This document shows positions 1 through 8,703 of a stretch of DNA of 64,000 nucleotides, piece by piece; position 1 is the stretch's first letter, and each line of letters begins with the position of its first letter. The translations under genes and the position numbers were made by a program. This stretch comes from an uncultured delta proteobacterium (GTDB lineage Bacteria; Desulfobacterota; Desulfuromonadia; Geobacterales; DSM-12255), in assembly GCA_963787125.1 (NCBI GenBank), contig CAWBBV010000011.1, positions 160,001 through 224,000 of the forward strand, given 5' to 3'. Below the pieces are notes generated by a model that did no database searches, was not told the DNA's origin, and saw only the letters and a list, made by a program, of their open reading frames with translations.

Positions 1-126
1 AAAGACTGCTATCCGCTCCCGGTTCTCGGCATTTTCAACGACCGCCCGAACGGACCATGCTTCAACACCCAGGTCGATGTTGCAAAAATCGAGCAGGCTC
101 TCCTCTCTGTCCTCCCATCACCCTGA
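1..126 (+). CDS. 3' end of a DUF116-like protein (partial)
   Basis: Frame 1 reads KDCYPLPVLGIFNDRPNGPCFNTQVD...SP*; the NxRPxGPCxxT motif resembles the DUF116 C-terminus; its TGA overlaps the ATG of the next gene. Confidence 0.6.
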   Translation, partial: KDCYPLPVLGIFNDRPNGPCFNTQVDVAKIEQALLSVLPSP

Positions 127-857
127 TGGAACCTTTAACACTCCTTCACCGCGACGAAAAAATCGCTGTCTTTAACAAGCCGGCGGGCCTGTTGATTCAC
201 CGCAGCTACATCGACCGCACTGAAACCCGTTTTGCCCTGCAGATGGCCAGGGACATTCTGGGCCAGCGGGTCTACCCGGTTCACCGCCTCGACAAACCGA
301 CCTCCGGCGTCCTGCTCTTTGCCCTCTCTCCCGAGGACGCAGCCATACTCACCGCCTCTTTCACTGCCGGCGAAGTGCGCAAGAAATACCTGGGTATCTG
401 TCGGGGAATCGCGCCGCAGGATAGTGTCATCGACTATCCGCTCAGTGAAGAACAGGATCGCCTTGATCCGTACCGCCAGGAAGGGAAGGAGCCCCAGAGT
501 GCAATCACCGCCTTCCGCCGTCTGGCCACAGTCGAACTCCCTTTTGCGGTCGGCCGCTACCCCACCAGCCGTTACTCGCTGATCGAAGCCGAACCTCTCA
601 CCGGCCGTCGTCACCAGATCCGCCGTCACTTAAAGCATATCTTTCATCCGCTGGTCGGCGACGTCAACTACGGCGAAGGCCGCCATAACCGCTTCTTCAG
701 GGAAGAGATGGGCTGTTCTCGGCTGCTTTTGCATGCCGCTGAACTGACGCTTCCCCATCCGGCGGATGGTCAACCGTTCACTTTCAAAGCGGCGCTAGAC
801 TCTGATTTCTTGAGAGTCACTAGCTCTCTGGGGTGGAGTGACATGATCTCCTTATAA
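126..857 (+). CDS. truC: tRNA pseudouridine synthase C (RluA family)
   Basis: NKPAGLLIH, VHRLDKPTSG (catalytic D), TGRRHQIRRH and LLLHA motifs; ATG at 126 preferred because it is coupled to the upstream stop. Confidence 0.85.
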   Translation: MEPLTLLHRDEKIAVFNKPAGLLIHRSYIDRTETRFALQMARDILGQRVYPVHRLDKPTSGVLLFALSPEDAAILTASFTAGEVRKKYLGICRGIAPQDSVIDYPLSEEQDRLDPYRQEGKEPQSAITAFRRLATVELPFAVGRYPTSRYSLIEAEPLTGRRHQIRRHLKHIFHPLVGDVNYGEGRHNRFFREEMGCSRLLLHAAELTLPHPADGQPFTFKAALDSDFLRVTSSLGWSDMISL

Positions 858-869
858 CTCGTCAGAATC

Positions 870-890
870 GGGACGGATGGGGAGTGAAGG
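870..890 (+). repeat. 21-bp direct repeat copy 1 (GGGACGGATGGGGAGTGAAGG)
   Basis: Identical to 1731-1751. Confidence 0.95.
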
Positions 891-981
891 TGGCTAATAG
901 CATAAAACCGATCCATTGATTTGCTTGACAACGTGACATGAAAACACGATATTATCTTGAGACAAATGGAGGATTTCGCAT

Positions 982-1221
982 ATGCAGACTATGACGGTAG
1001 GTCATTTTAAATCACATTTTTCCCAAGTGCTTGATATCGTTCAACATGGCGAGGATGTTGTCATCAGTTACGGCAAGAAGAAAGAAAAGATTGCCGTGCT
1101 GGTCCCCTATGACCGTTATGATGGCAAGCCTCTTCGCGTTCTTGGTCTTTTAGCCGACAAGGCATCGTTTTCAATTGCGCCTGACTTCAAGGTCAGTGAT
1201 GATGAACTGCTGTCGCTATGA
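982..1221 (+). CDS. Phd/YefM-family antitoxin
   Basis: MTVGHFKSHFSQVLDIVQHGEDVVI N-terminus; 79 aa; ATGA overlap with the PIN toxin gene. Confidence 0.85.
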   Translation: MQTMTVGHFKSHFSQVLDIVQHGEDVVISYGKKKEKIAVLVPYDRYDGKPLRVLGLLADKASFSIAPDFKVSDDELLSL

Positions 1222-1616
1222 ACTGCCTGCTCGACACGCATACCCTCCTCTGGACGCTGTTCGACCCATCCCGTCTCGGCAAAAAAGCGGCGGAAAGTAT
1301 CCGCAACCCGGAAGTGACCGTCTCTGTAAGCGTGGTCTCTTTTTGGGAAATCTCTCTCAAATATGCCACCGGCAAACTGGAACTGTCAGGCGTAACCCCG
1401 GATGAATTTCCAGCCATAGTCCGCCAATCCGGGTTCTATATACTTCCTGTTGACGCTGCTGACGCTGCCACCTTCCATCACTTGCCTCGCATGGAACACA
1501 AAGATCCTTTTGACCGTTTGATTATCTGGCAGGCCATCTCCCACAAACTGACACTCATATCCCAGGATAAGGCTTTTGCAGCCTATCGAAAACTTGGGCT
1601 AAAAGTGCTCTGGTAA
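1218..1616 (+). CDS. vapC: VapC PIN-domain toxin
   Basis: LLDTHTLLW, SVVSFWEI, HKDPFDRLII and LISQD motifs. Confidence 0.92.
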   Translation: MNCLLDTHTLLWTLFDPSRLGKKAAESIRNPEVTVSVSVVSFWEISLKYATGKLELSGVTPDEFPAIVRQSGFYILPVDAADAATFHHLPRMEHKDPFDRLIIWQAISHKLTLISQDKAFAAYRKLGLKVLW

Positions 1617-1748
1617 CGGGCGCTGCGGGAGAATATACCGCCTGCCGAACATATTATTGAAGTTGAGAAGCGGATCAAGAGCGCACCACCGTTTCTTGAG
1701 CTTGGTGGCAGCGATGCAAAAGGGTTGATTGGGACGGATGGGGAGTGA
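1617..1748 (+). pseudogene. Startless remnant resembling the C-terminus of DNA damage-inducible protein DinD
   Basis: Reads RALRENIPPAEHIIEVEKRIKSAPPFLELGGSDAKGLIGTDGE*, similar to the DinD PENxPxxExIxxxEK tail; no start codon. Confidence 0.55.
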
Positions 1749-1751
1749 AGG
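1731..1751 (+). repeat. 21-bp direct repeat copy 2
   Basis: Identical to 870-890; spans the stop codon of the DinD-like remnant. Confidence 0.95.
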
Positions 1752-1868
1752 GCGGGTGGTTGATCGTGAAGTGGCAATGGTGATGCTGGTGTGCCGGCGG
1801 CTTCATTAACCATCACACCGAAACAACGGAATTTTTTGGAAGCACTATTGTTGTAAATCAAAGAGTTA

Positions 1869-1900
1869 AGCCCGAAATTCTGCTGGCAGAATTTCGGGCT
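1869..1900. terminator. Perfect 14-bp inverted repeat (terminator or protein-binding palindrome)
   Basis: AGCCCGAAATTCTG-ctgg-CAGAATTTCGGGCT followed by GTTT; preceded by the IHF consensus AATCAA-AGAG-TTA (1856-1868). Confidence 0.6.
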
Positions 1901-2065
1901 GTTTAATAAAGTGACGTCTGTTGATGCGAAATTTGTAACACCTGTTCGTAACGATGGAAGCGATGCATGAGTAATAACCAGGATGCTACATTAACGGCAA
2001 ACAGAACTTTGCTGTATGTAATTAGAAAACTTGTATTTGGGTAAATTTATTTATACATTGCCGCC

Positions 2066-2146
2066 ATGAAAAAGATACTAATTGCCTGGCTGGGCAAAAC
2101 CGATATTCGCGCAATTACTGAATCCGACTCAGTCGGCCTTGGCCCC
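2066..2146 (+). pseudogene. 5' fragment (27 codons) of the sigma54 activator interrupted by the IS21 element
   Basis: MKKILIAWLGKTDIRAITESDSVGLGP; joins in frame to IAQALLWQ at 4720 when the IS and one GCCCC copy are removed. Confidence 0.9.
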
Positions 2147-2225
2147 TGTCAAGGACCAGGTTAATTTGCCACCCCCAGGATCAAAGTTATTTGCCACTTT
2201 AGGATTTTCAGGGGTAGCGTTGTAG

Positions 2226-2978
2226 TTAATCTGCTGACGGTTTTTGAGGTCTTGTTTTCTTTCTAAATGACTCTCCTTTCATAGCAATGTGATGAGCCCG
2301 GTGTGCCAGTCGGTCCATTGCCGAATTGGCCATCACCTGATCCGGGAAGAGCGACAGCCAGTCACCTGGCGGACGGTTTGAAGTGATAATTATAGAGCCT
2401 CGCTGGTGGCGTTCGGCAATGATTTCATAGAACTCCTCAGCCTGTGGCATGGTCATGGCGCTGAGGCCGAAGTCGTCAATTATCAGAAGGTCCGGAGCGA
2501 GGAGTTTTCTCAAGGCTTTCTCCCAAGTGCCGTCAGCCCTTGCTGTGTTGAGGTTTCGAAACAGCTTGGTTCCCTTGATAAACAGGGTGGAATGACCGAT
2601 GCGACATGCCCGGTTGCCCAGTGCCTGAGCAAGGTGGGTCTTGCCGACTCCTGGCGGGCCGTAAAGAATCACATGCTCTTTTTTCCTGATGAACAGACCG
2701 GTCGCTAGATCCTTGATGGCCGCCACATTGACCCCGGTCAACTGGGCGAACTGAAACTCTTCGATACACTTCGGCTCTTCAAAGGAAGCTTTCTTAAGCC
2801 GCTGATTAAGGGTATTCGCTTCCCGGCGTTCAGTCTCATCCTGAACAATCAGTTCCATAAACTCCAGATAACCGAGATTGTTGCTTCGTGCCTGCTCAAG
2901 CCGCAGGTCCAGTGATTCGAGAATGCCGGAGAGTCTGAGCAGCTTCAAGCGGGACGTTAGTAGTGGGGAGATGCTCAT
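2226..2978 (-). CDS. istB: IS21 helper AAA+ ATPase IstB
   Basis: GPPGVGKT Walker A, LLIIDDFG Walker B, IITSNRP, MDRLAH; ATG at 2978 overlaps the istA stop. Confidence 0.95.
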   Translation of the reverse strand: MSISPLLTSRLKLLRLSGILESLDLRLEQARSNNLGYLEFMELIVQDETERREANTLNQRLKKASFEEPKCIEEFQFAQLTGVNVAAIKDLATGLFIRKKEHVILYGPPGVGKTHLAQALGNRACRIGHSTLFIKGTKLFRNLNTARADGTWEKALRKLLAPDLLIIDDFGLSAMTMPQAEEFYEIIAERHQRGSIIITSNRPPGDWLSLFPDQVMANSAMDRLAHRAHHIAMKGESFRKKTRPQKPSAD

Positions 2979-4525
2979 GCTGCCACCTCCCCGAAACTGG
3001 TTGCCGGATGCAGGCACTGTTCACCTTCAGTGGAAATGGCCGGGACGGTCGGCAACTCCTGTTGCCTGGGGATACCGTTCTCCAGAATCCTTTGCAGGCT
3101 CTGTCTTGATGTGGAGCCAAAAGAGAGCAGATGCCGGCAGGCATCATTGAGTTTGGCAGCACCATACTTATCGGCAAATCTGAGGACTGCCTGAGCCTTG
3201 CGTAGATTCTGGAGAGAGTGAGGTTCCAGAACTTCTCGCACCATGCGGCCCACATCTTCGCCGAATGTCTCAGCCTGCTGGCGGCACCAGGTGGGGTGAG
3301 CAAAAAGAAACGCCTTGGCTTTTTCCGGATAATCGTTTTCGTCTGTACGCCATGTGCCGGGTTTGTGTGCCCGAACATGGCACTTGATCAACTCTCCCTC
3401 AAGGAAGATCTCGGTCAAGCGGAAGGTGCCCCGCGCCCAGACTTTTTTGCCCACATATCTGGTCGGAACAGAATAGTAGCTCTTGTCAAAGACCAGATGG
3501 TGATCAGGGTGAACTGTGCACTCTTTCCAGAGTGGGGTCTCGAACCTGCTGCCCGGCAAAGGGATAAGGGTGTTCTTCTCGTCCCGCTCAAAGCGCAGCA
3601 GCGGTTCTTCTTTAGTGGTGCCGTGCTTTTCCTTGCCAATGCCGGTTAGTGACCAGGCAAGCGCCTTTTCGTTGGCGTCGGCAAGATCCTGATACTGCCG
3701 CCCGGCAGCCAGCTGCTGCCGCACCGTGGGCATGGAGCGCTCAACTTTCCCTTTGTGCTCCGGAGTTCTCACTTTGGCCGGATCGGCAACAAAGCCGTAA
3801 TGCCGCTCTAGTTCTGCATACGCCCGGTTGATGATCGGGTCATACAGGTCGGCTTTGACAACACCAGCCTTGAGGTTGTCCAAAAGGACGGTTCTGGGGC
3901 AACCGCCAAAGAATTCAAAGGCCCGGATATGACAGTCAAGCCAGTTCGTTGTGTCCTGGCGTTCAACGAAGCGGACAAAGCGATGGCGACTGTAAGAAAG
4001 GGTCATGACAAAGGCCCAGACCCTCTTCTTCTGGTCACCCAGAGTAAGGGCTACCTGACCAAAGTCAACCTGGGCCTGTTCTCCGGCGGATGTTTCCAAC
4101 CGGACAGTTACTCTCTGGGAATTATCCGGTTTAAGCTTTTTTACGTATCGTTTGAGACTGGAGTAGTTGAAAGGGTAGCCCTGTTCTTCAAGTAGGCGAC
4201 AGATCTGCTTGGCAGTCATATTCGGCTCATCGAGCCAGCTGATTATCTGCTCTTTGTGCAGGCCTATGACCTCCTGCACCGCACCGACAGCAGATGAAGC
4301 AGGTTTGGCTGCCTTGGCTACTGCGGCCATGACGTTCTCCGCAATGGCAGCGGGTGTTTCACCATCTTCTCTGGTAAGACCGGCAGCCTTTGCCGCGTCA
4401 AGATACTTTCTGACGGTTGGCCGGGAAATGCCGAGACTTCTGGCAATTTGACTATTGTTCTGCCCTTTTTGCCAGTGATAGACAACTTCGTTCAATTCGA
4501 TCATGGGGATTCTCCTTCGCGACAT
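2975..4525 (-). CDS. istA: IS21 DDE transposase IstA
   Basis: N-terminal HTH (IARSLGISRPTVRKY), GEQAQVDFG, LLDNLKAGV, HKGKVER, YYSVP. Confidence 0.95.
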   Translation of the reverse strand: MSRRRIPMIELNEVVYHWQKGQNNSQIARSLGISRPTVRKYLDAAKAAGLTREDGETPAAIAENVMAAVAKAAKPASSAVGAVQEVIGLHKEQIISWLDEPNMTAKQICRLLEEQGYPFNYSSLKRYVKKLKPDNSQRVTVRLETSAGEQAQVDFGQVALTLGDQKKRVWAFVMTLSYSRHRFVRFVERQDTTNWLDCHIRAFEFFGGCPRTVLLDNLKAGVVKADLYDPIINRAYAELERHYGFVADPAKVRTPEHKGKVERSMPTVRQQLAAGRQYQDLADANEKALAWSLTGIGKEKHGTTKEEPLLRFERDEKNTLIPLPGSRFETPLWKECTVHPDHHLVFDKSYYSVPTRYVGKKVWARGTFRLTEIFLEGELIKCHVRAHKPGTWRTDENDYPEKAKAFLFAHPTWCRQQAETFGEDVGRMVREVLEPHSLQNLRKAQAVLRFADKYGAAKLNDACRHLLSFGSTSRQSLQRILENGIPRQQELPTVPAISTEGEQCLHPATSFGEVAA

Positions 4526-4719
4526 AGCAGCTCCTGTCTGGAAATAATTCCATGCAGAATACTGTCATGCTGGTTGGCTCCCCTAAAAAATCCAAAGTGG
4601 CAAATAACTCTGGTCCCGGTATCGACTAAACTGGCAAATTAAGTTGACCCAGGGGGTGGCAAATAACTTTGGTCACACCTTGTCTAAAGTGGAAATTTAC
4701 CATGGTCCTCGACAGCCCC

Positions 4720-6129
4720 ATTGCCCAGGCCCTACTCTGGCAGAAGTTCGACTCCCTGGAGCTCATCAGCGACGCCACGGACACGGAAGTCAGCGACTAT
4801 TGCCGCTGGCTCAAAACTATTGCCCATACACCAGTAATCATCCACCCCGTTCAATTAAGCAGCCCCACCGATTTCAGTGACATTTACACCGCTGCGGTCA
4901 AGTGCATCACTGACGCGCAGAAGACTCACGGCCCACAGGCAGCGCTTTACTATCATTTGAGCCCAGGCACCCCAGCCATGGCTCAGGTCTGGGTTTTGCT
5001 GGCCAAGACTATTTATCCGGCCGAACTGATTCAGTCGTCACGAGAGCAGGGTGTGCAACTCGCCCACATCCCCTTTGACATAGCAGCGGAATTTATCCCG
5101 CAGATCGACCGGCACCGCGATCTGCAATTAAGCGGCATGATTGCTGCCCTGCCTCCAGAGGCCCCCGAATTTACCGACATCCTTTATCGCAGTCCCCAGA
5201 TGGAGCGTGTGATTGCTAAAGCAAGACTGGCCGCAGCCAGAACTGTTCCGGTGCTGGTTGAGGGTGAATCCGGCACAGGCAAGGAACTGCTGGCCCGCGC
5301 CATCCACCGGGCCAGCCCGCGAGCGGGCAAACCTTTCATCGCCGTCAACTGCGGTGCTATACCGGCGGAGCTGGTCGAGTCGGAATTTTTCGGTCACAGG
5401 AAAGGAGCCTTTACCGGCGCGGCGACCGACCGTAAAGGGTATTTTGAAGCGGCAACCAGCGGCACACTCTTCCTGGACGAAATCGGCGAGCTTCCGCTTT
5501 CCGCTCAGGTCAAGATTTTGAGGGCATTACAGGAAGGTGAAGTGACGCGGGTTGGCGACTCGCAGCCGGTTCAGGTTGACGTCAGAATTGTTACTGCCAC
5601 CAATCGTTCATTAATTGAAGAGGTTGCTGCCGGACGTTTCCGTGCCGACCTCTTCTATCGCCTGGCAGTAGCAGTGCTGCACATCCCGCCGCTACGCGAG
5701 CGGCAGGGGGACATGGGACTGCTGATCGATCATTTCCTTGAGGGGGCAGATGATATTGACCATGTCCCCCGGAAGAAACTTTCTGCCGGTGCAAAAAACC
5801 TTCTCCTCTGCCACCCCTGGCCCGGTAATGTCCGCGAACTGCTCAACACCCTGCGCCGGGCGACCGTCTGGACGACTGCAGACACCATTCAGACTGAAGA
5901 TATCCGCGAAGCGCTGTTCCCGGTGACAGTGCAGCCGACTGCGCATGTCCTGAACCGGAGCATCGCTGAAGGCTTTAATATTCAGGAAGTCTTGAGTGAG
6001 GTAGCCCGGCATTACCTGCAGCGGGGGATGACTGAGTGCGGAGGGATCAAGTCTAAAGCCGCCAAACTGCTCGGGTTGCCGAACTATCAGACGCTGACGA
6101 ACTGGCTGCAGAAACATGGGCTGGAATAG
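4720..6129 (+). pseudogene. Main body of a sigma54-dependent activator with an N-terminal RtcR/CARF-like domain (IS-disrupted; could restart at ATG 4702 inside the IS end)
   Basis: YHLSPGTPAMAQVW CARF-like motif; GESGTGKE, GAFTGA, LFLDEIGE, FRADLFYRL, WPGNVREL; C-terminal Fis-type HTH. Confidence 0.85.
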
Positions 6130-6135
6130 CGGAGA

Positions 6136-6165
6136 TTGACAATATACCCGAAAAAGGGATATAAA
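6136..6165 (+). promoter_or_regulatory. Putative sigma70 promoter with a palindromic operator; leaderless transcript likely
   Basis: TTGACA (6136) - 18 nt - TATAAA (6160), 5 nt before ATG 6171; spacer holds the imperfect palindrome TATACCC-gaaaaa-GGGATATA. Confidence 0.6.
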
Positions 6166-6170
6166 CAGAT

Positions 6171-6449
6171 ATGAACTGGACAGTAGAATTTACCAACAAG
6201 ACACGCAAACAGAAAGAAAAACTCCCGGCGCGTGTCCGGGAACTCCTGTTTCAGCTTGTCATGGATATTCAGGCAACCGGTCCGGTTCGCGGCGATTGGC
6301 CAAATTATGCAAAGCTGTCGGACTGTGAGCATCATTGTCATATAAAAAAAGGCCAACCAACGTTTGTTGTCGTTTGGCGCGAAGACAAGGGCAGAATAAG
6401 GTTTGTGGAGGTTTCCTATGCAGGCACACACGAAAGAGCACCTTACTGA
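6171..6449 (+). CDS. RelE/HigB-like toxin
   Basis: 92 aa, WTVEFT...LP..VRELL; GPVRGDWPNYAKL; EVSYAGTHERAPY; toxin-first order with an HTH partner. Confidence 0.7.
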   Translation: MNWTVEFTNKTRKQKEKLPARVRELLFQLVMDIQATGPVRGDWPNYAKLSDCEHHCHIKKGQPTFVVVWREDKGRIRFVEVSYAGTHERAPY

Positions 6450-6768
6450 AGAGATGGTTGAGTTGCGGCTGAAGGTTCACCGCCACAACGTCCCGCTGGT
6501 ACGGCGCTATGTGGAAGCTGTCGAGTCAGAGGAAGAGCGTACTTATACCGTTGCCGAAGTGTTCCCGGAATACATCGGCAAAGAATTACAAGTCGCCTTG
6601 CGGGCGTACCGTACCCGTGAAGCCCTTACCCAGAAACAGCTATCAGCATTAACCGGTATTCCACAGCATCACATCAGCGAGATGGAAAACGGTAAACGCA
6701 GCATTGGCAAGGAGCGGGCTAAGAAACTTGCCGAAGCTCTTCATTGCGACTATCGGCAGCTGTTGTAG
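6418..6768 (+). CDS. HigA-like XRE HTH antitoxin
   Basis: LRAYRTREALTQKQLSALTGIPQHHISEMENGKRSIG; GGAGG RBS before ATG 6418. Confidence 0.8.
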   Translation: MQAHTKEHLTEEMVELRLKVHRHNVPLVRRYVEAVESEEERTYTVAEVFPEYIGKELQVALRAYRTREALTQKQLSALTGIPQHHISEMENGKRSIGKERAKKLAEALHCDYRQLL

Positions 6769-7170
6769 CAACTTAAACCACCTCTTAATGAAAGGAGCAT
6801 TGTGTCCAGGGAGCGCGACTGGGGGCAGGAGGCTATCGATAAGCTGGGCTGTTATTAAATTGATGCTCGATAAAGTGTAGTGGCAAAGCGACCGACCGGA
6901 TAAAAAGCAAAAATACAGGTTAACAGCTGAATGATATCATGAAGTTATGCGAATCCTGCCGGCAGAACTTTTGAAGTTATTGATGAAGGGCGGCATGATT
7001 CGCCGTGAATTGGTGGAGTAGCTTTTTTAGATTTAAGTCATAGGGGTCTACTCTCGATTCTCGATTCTTCAAACGCCTGAATTTTGTCTTAGCAAATTAT
7101 TATGTAATCATAGCATTTTAAGTTACAGTATCTTTCAGGCGTTTCGCCTTGTGGCAACCGGAGGCAAACC

Positions 7171-8703
7171 ATGCTGACCAGATTGAAAATATCCGGCTTT
7201 AAAAACCTCGTCGATGTGGATGTGAGATTTGGACCATTTACCTGCATCGCCGGGGTTAACGGAGTTGGTAAATCGAACCTGTTCGATGCAATCATGTTCA
7301 TGAGTGCCTTGGCGGACAAACCGTTACTGGACGCAGCAAAGTCGGTGCGTGATGAGGATGGTCGGACTGCAGATATACGCAGCCTGTTTCACCGAGTTGG
7401 AAATGAGTATGCCAAAGAGATGATCTTTGAAGCAGAGATGATCGTCCCTCGAAAAGGGATCGATGATTTGGGACAGGAAGCTGAAGCAAGCATCACGTCT
7501 CTGCGTTATCGTGTAAAAATCGGCTTCAAAGCTGAAAACGGACAAAAATCCGGAGGCATGGAACTGCTGGAAGAAGAGCTTACGCCAATTAAATTGGGTG
7601 ATGGAGCGAAGTGTTTTTTATTTCCCCACAAAGTTTCGACATGGCGTGATAGTGCCGTAAAAGGGAGGAGAAGCGGAGGGCCGTTTATTTCCACGGAATA
7701 TTCCGATAATAAACGAATTATCAAACTTCACCAAGATGGTGGTAGCCGAGGGAACCCACGTTCCATCCTTGCTACCAATTTGCCGCGTACCGTATTGTCC
7801 ACCACCAATGCAGACGAAAACCCGACTGCCCTGATTGCAAAGCGGGAAATGCAATCCTGGCGATTATTGCAATTGGAACCGGCATCCCTTCGTAAGCCTG
7901 ATGATATCTCAGCCCCCACAAAACTCGGCGCTGATGGCTCTCATCTCGCCTCAACGCTTTATCATTTGCCTAAATTGAAGCAATATGCCGACCAAGAAGA
8001 TATCGAGACTGTTGACTCTTCTGTGCGTGTATATGCGCAGGTAGCCAACCGTCTTGCGGACCTTATTTATGATGTGAAGAATATCTCTGTCGATTACGAT
8101 GAAAAGCGGGAATTATTAACAGCTATTGTCACCGGACGTGACGGCACACCGCATTCAGCACGGTCTCTTTCTGACGGCACACTTCGCTTTCTTGCCCTAG
8201 CGGTGCTGGAACTTGATACGGAAGCATCCGGTTTGATCTGTCTGGAAGAACCAGAGAATGGTATTCACCCTGAACGTATTCCGGCTATGCTGAATCTGCT
8301 TCAGGATATTGCCATGGATACGGAGGAACTAGTTGGACTTGATAATCCGCTCCGCCAGATCATCATCAACACCCATTCGCCGGCAGTTGTTGCCCAAATA
8401 CCGGAAGACAGTCTGCTGGTAGCCGAATCCATTGAGTTGAACGAATCAGGTAAACGCTATAAAGCGGTCCGCTTCAGCCCACTTCCGGACACTTGGAGGC
8501 ATAAAAAAGCGACCGGGGAGACATCGGTTGTTTCCAAGGGCAAACTTTTATCGTACTTGAATCCTGTTGCACCAGAGGAACCGGAATCAAACTACTGCGT
8601 TTCTGATCGGAAAAATAATGTTGTTCCTCTGAAGCGTCGTGTCATTGATCGATTGGACATGCAGCCATATCTTCCAAATACTTTGGTAGCGGAACCGAAA
8701 TGA
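7171..8703 (+). CDS. ABC-type (AAA_21/AAA_15-like) ATPase, candidate defence protein
   Basis: GVNGVGKSN Walker A, LSDGT signature, LICLEEPENGIHP Walker B/D-loop, INTHSP H-loop. Confidence 0.85.
   Translation: MLTRLKISGFKNLVDVDVRFGPFTCIAGVNGVGKSNLFDAIMFMSALADKPLLDAAKSVRDEDGRTADIRSLFHRVGNEYAKEMIFEAEMIVPRKGIDDLGQEAEASITSLRYRVKIGFKAENGQKSGGMELLEEELTPIKLGDGAKCFLFPHKVSTWRDSAVKGRRSGGPFISTEYSDNKRIIKLHQDGGSRGNPRSILATNLPRTVLSTTNADENPTALIAKREMQSWRLLQLEPASLRKPDDISAPTKLGADGSHLASTLYHLPKLKQYADQEDIETVDSSVRVYAQVANRLADLIYDVKNISVDYDEKRELLTAIVTGRDGTPHSARSLSDGTLRFLALAVLELDTEASGLICLEEPENGIHPERIPAMLNLLQDIAMDTEELVGLDNPLRQIIINTHSPAVVAQIPEDSLLVAESIELNESGKRYKAVRFSPLPDTWRHKKATGETSVVSKGKLLSYLNPVAPEEPESNYCVSDRKNNVVPLKRRVIDRLDMQPYLPNTLVAEPK

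Larger units (their letters stand above)
2147..4714 (-). mobile_element. Complete IS21-family insertion sequence (2568 bp)
   Basis: Terminal IRs TGTCAAGGACCAGGTTAATTTGCCAC / TGTCGAGGACCATGGTAAATTTCCAC; internal GTGGCAAAT(A/T)A repeats at both ends; 5-bp GCCCC duplication at 2142-2146 and 4715-4719; istA and istB present. Confidence 0.96.

Noticed and set aside
4669..4701. Native start of the sigma54 activator at TTG 4669
   Set aside because: It lies inside the IS21 end; the native start is ATG 2066
7083..7110. dif/Xer recombination site (TTATGTAATCA)
   Set aside because: Only a partial XerD-like arm; no XerC arm at 6-bp spacing
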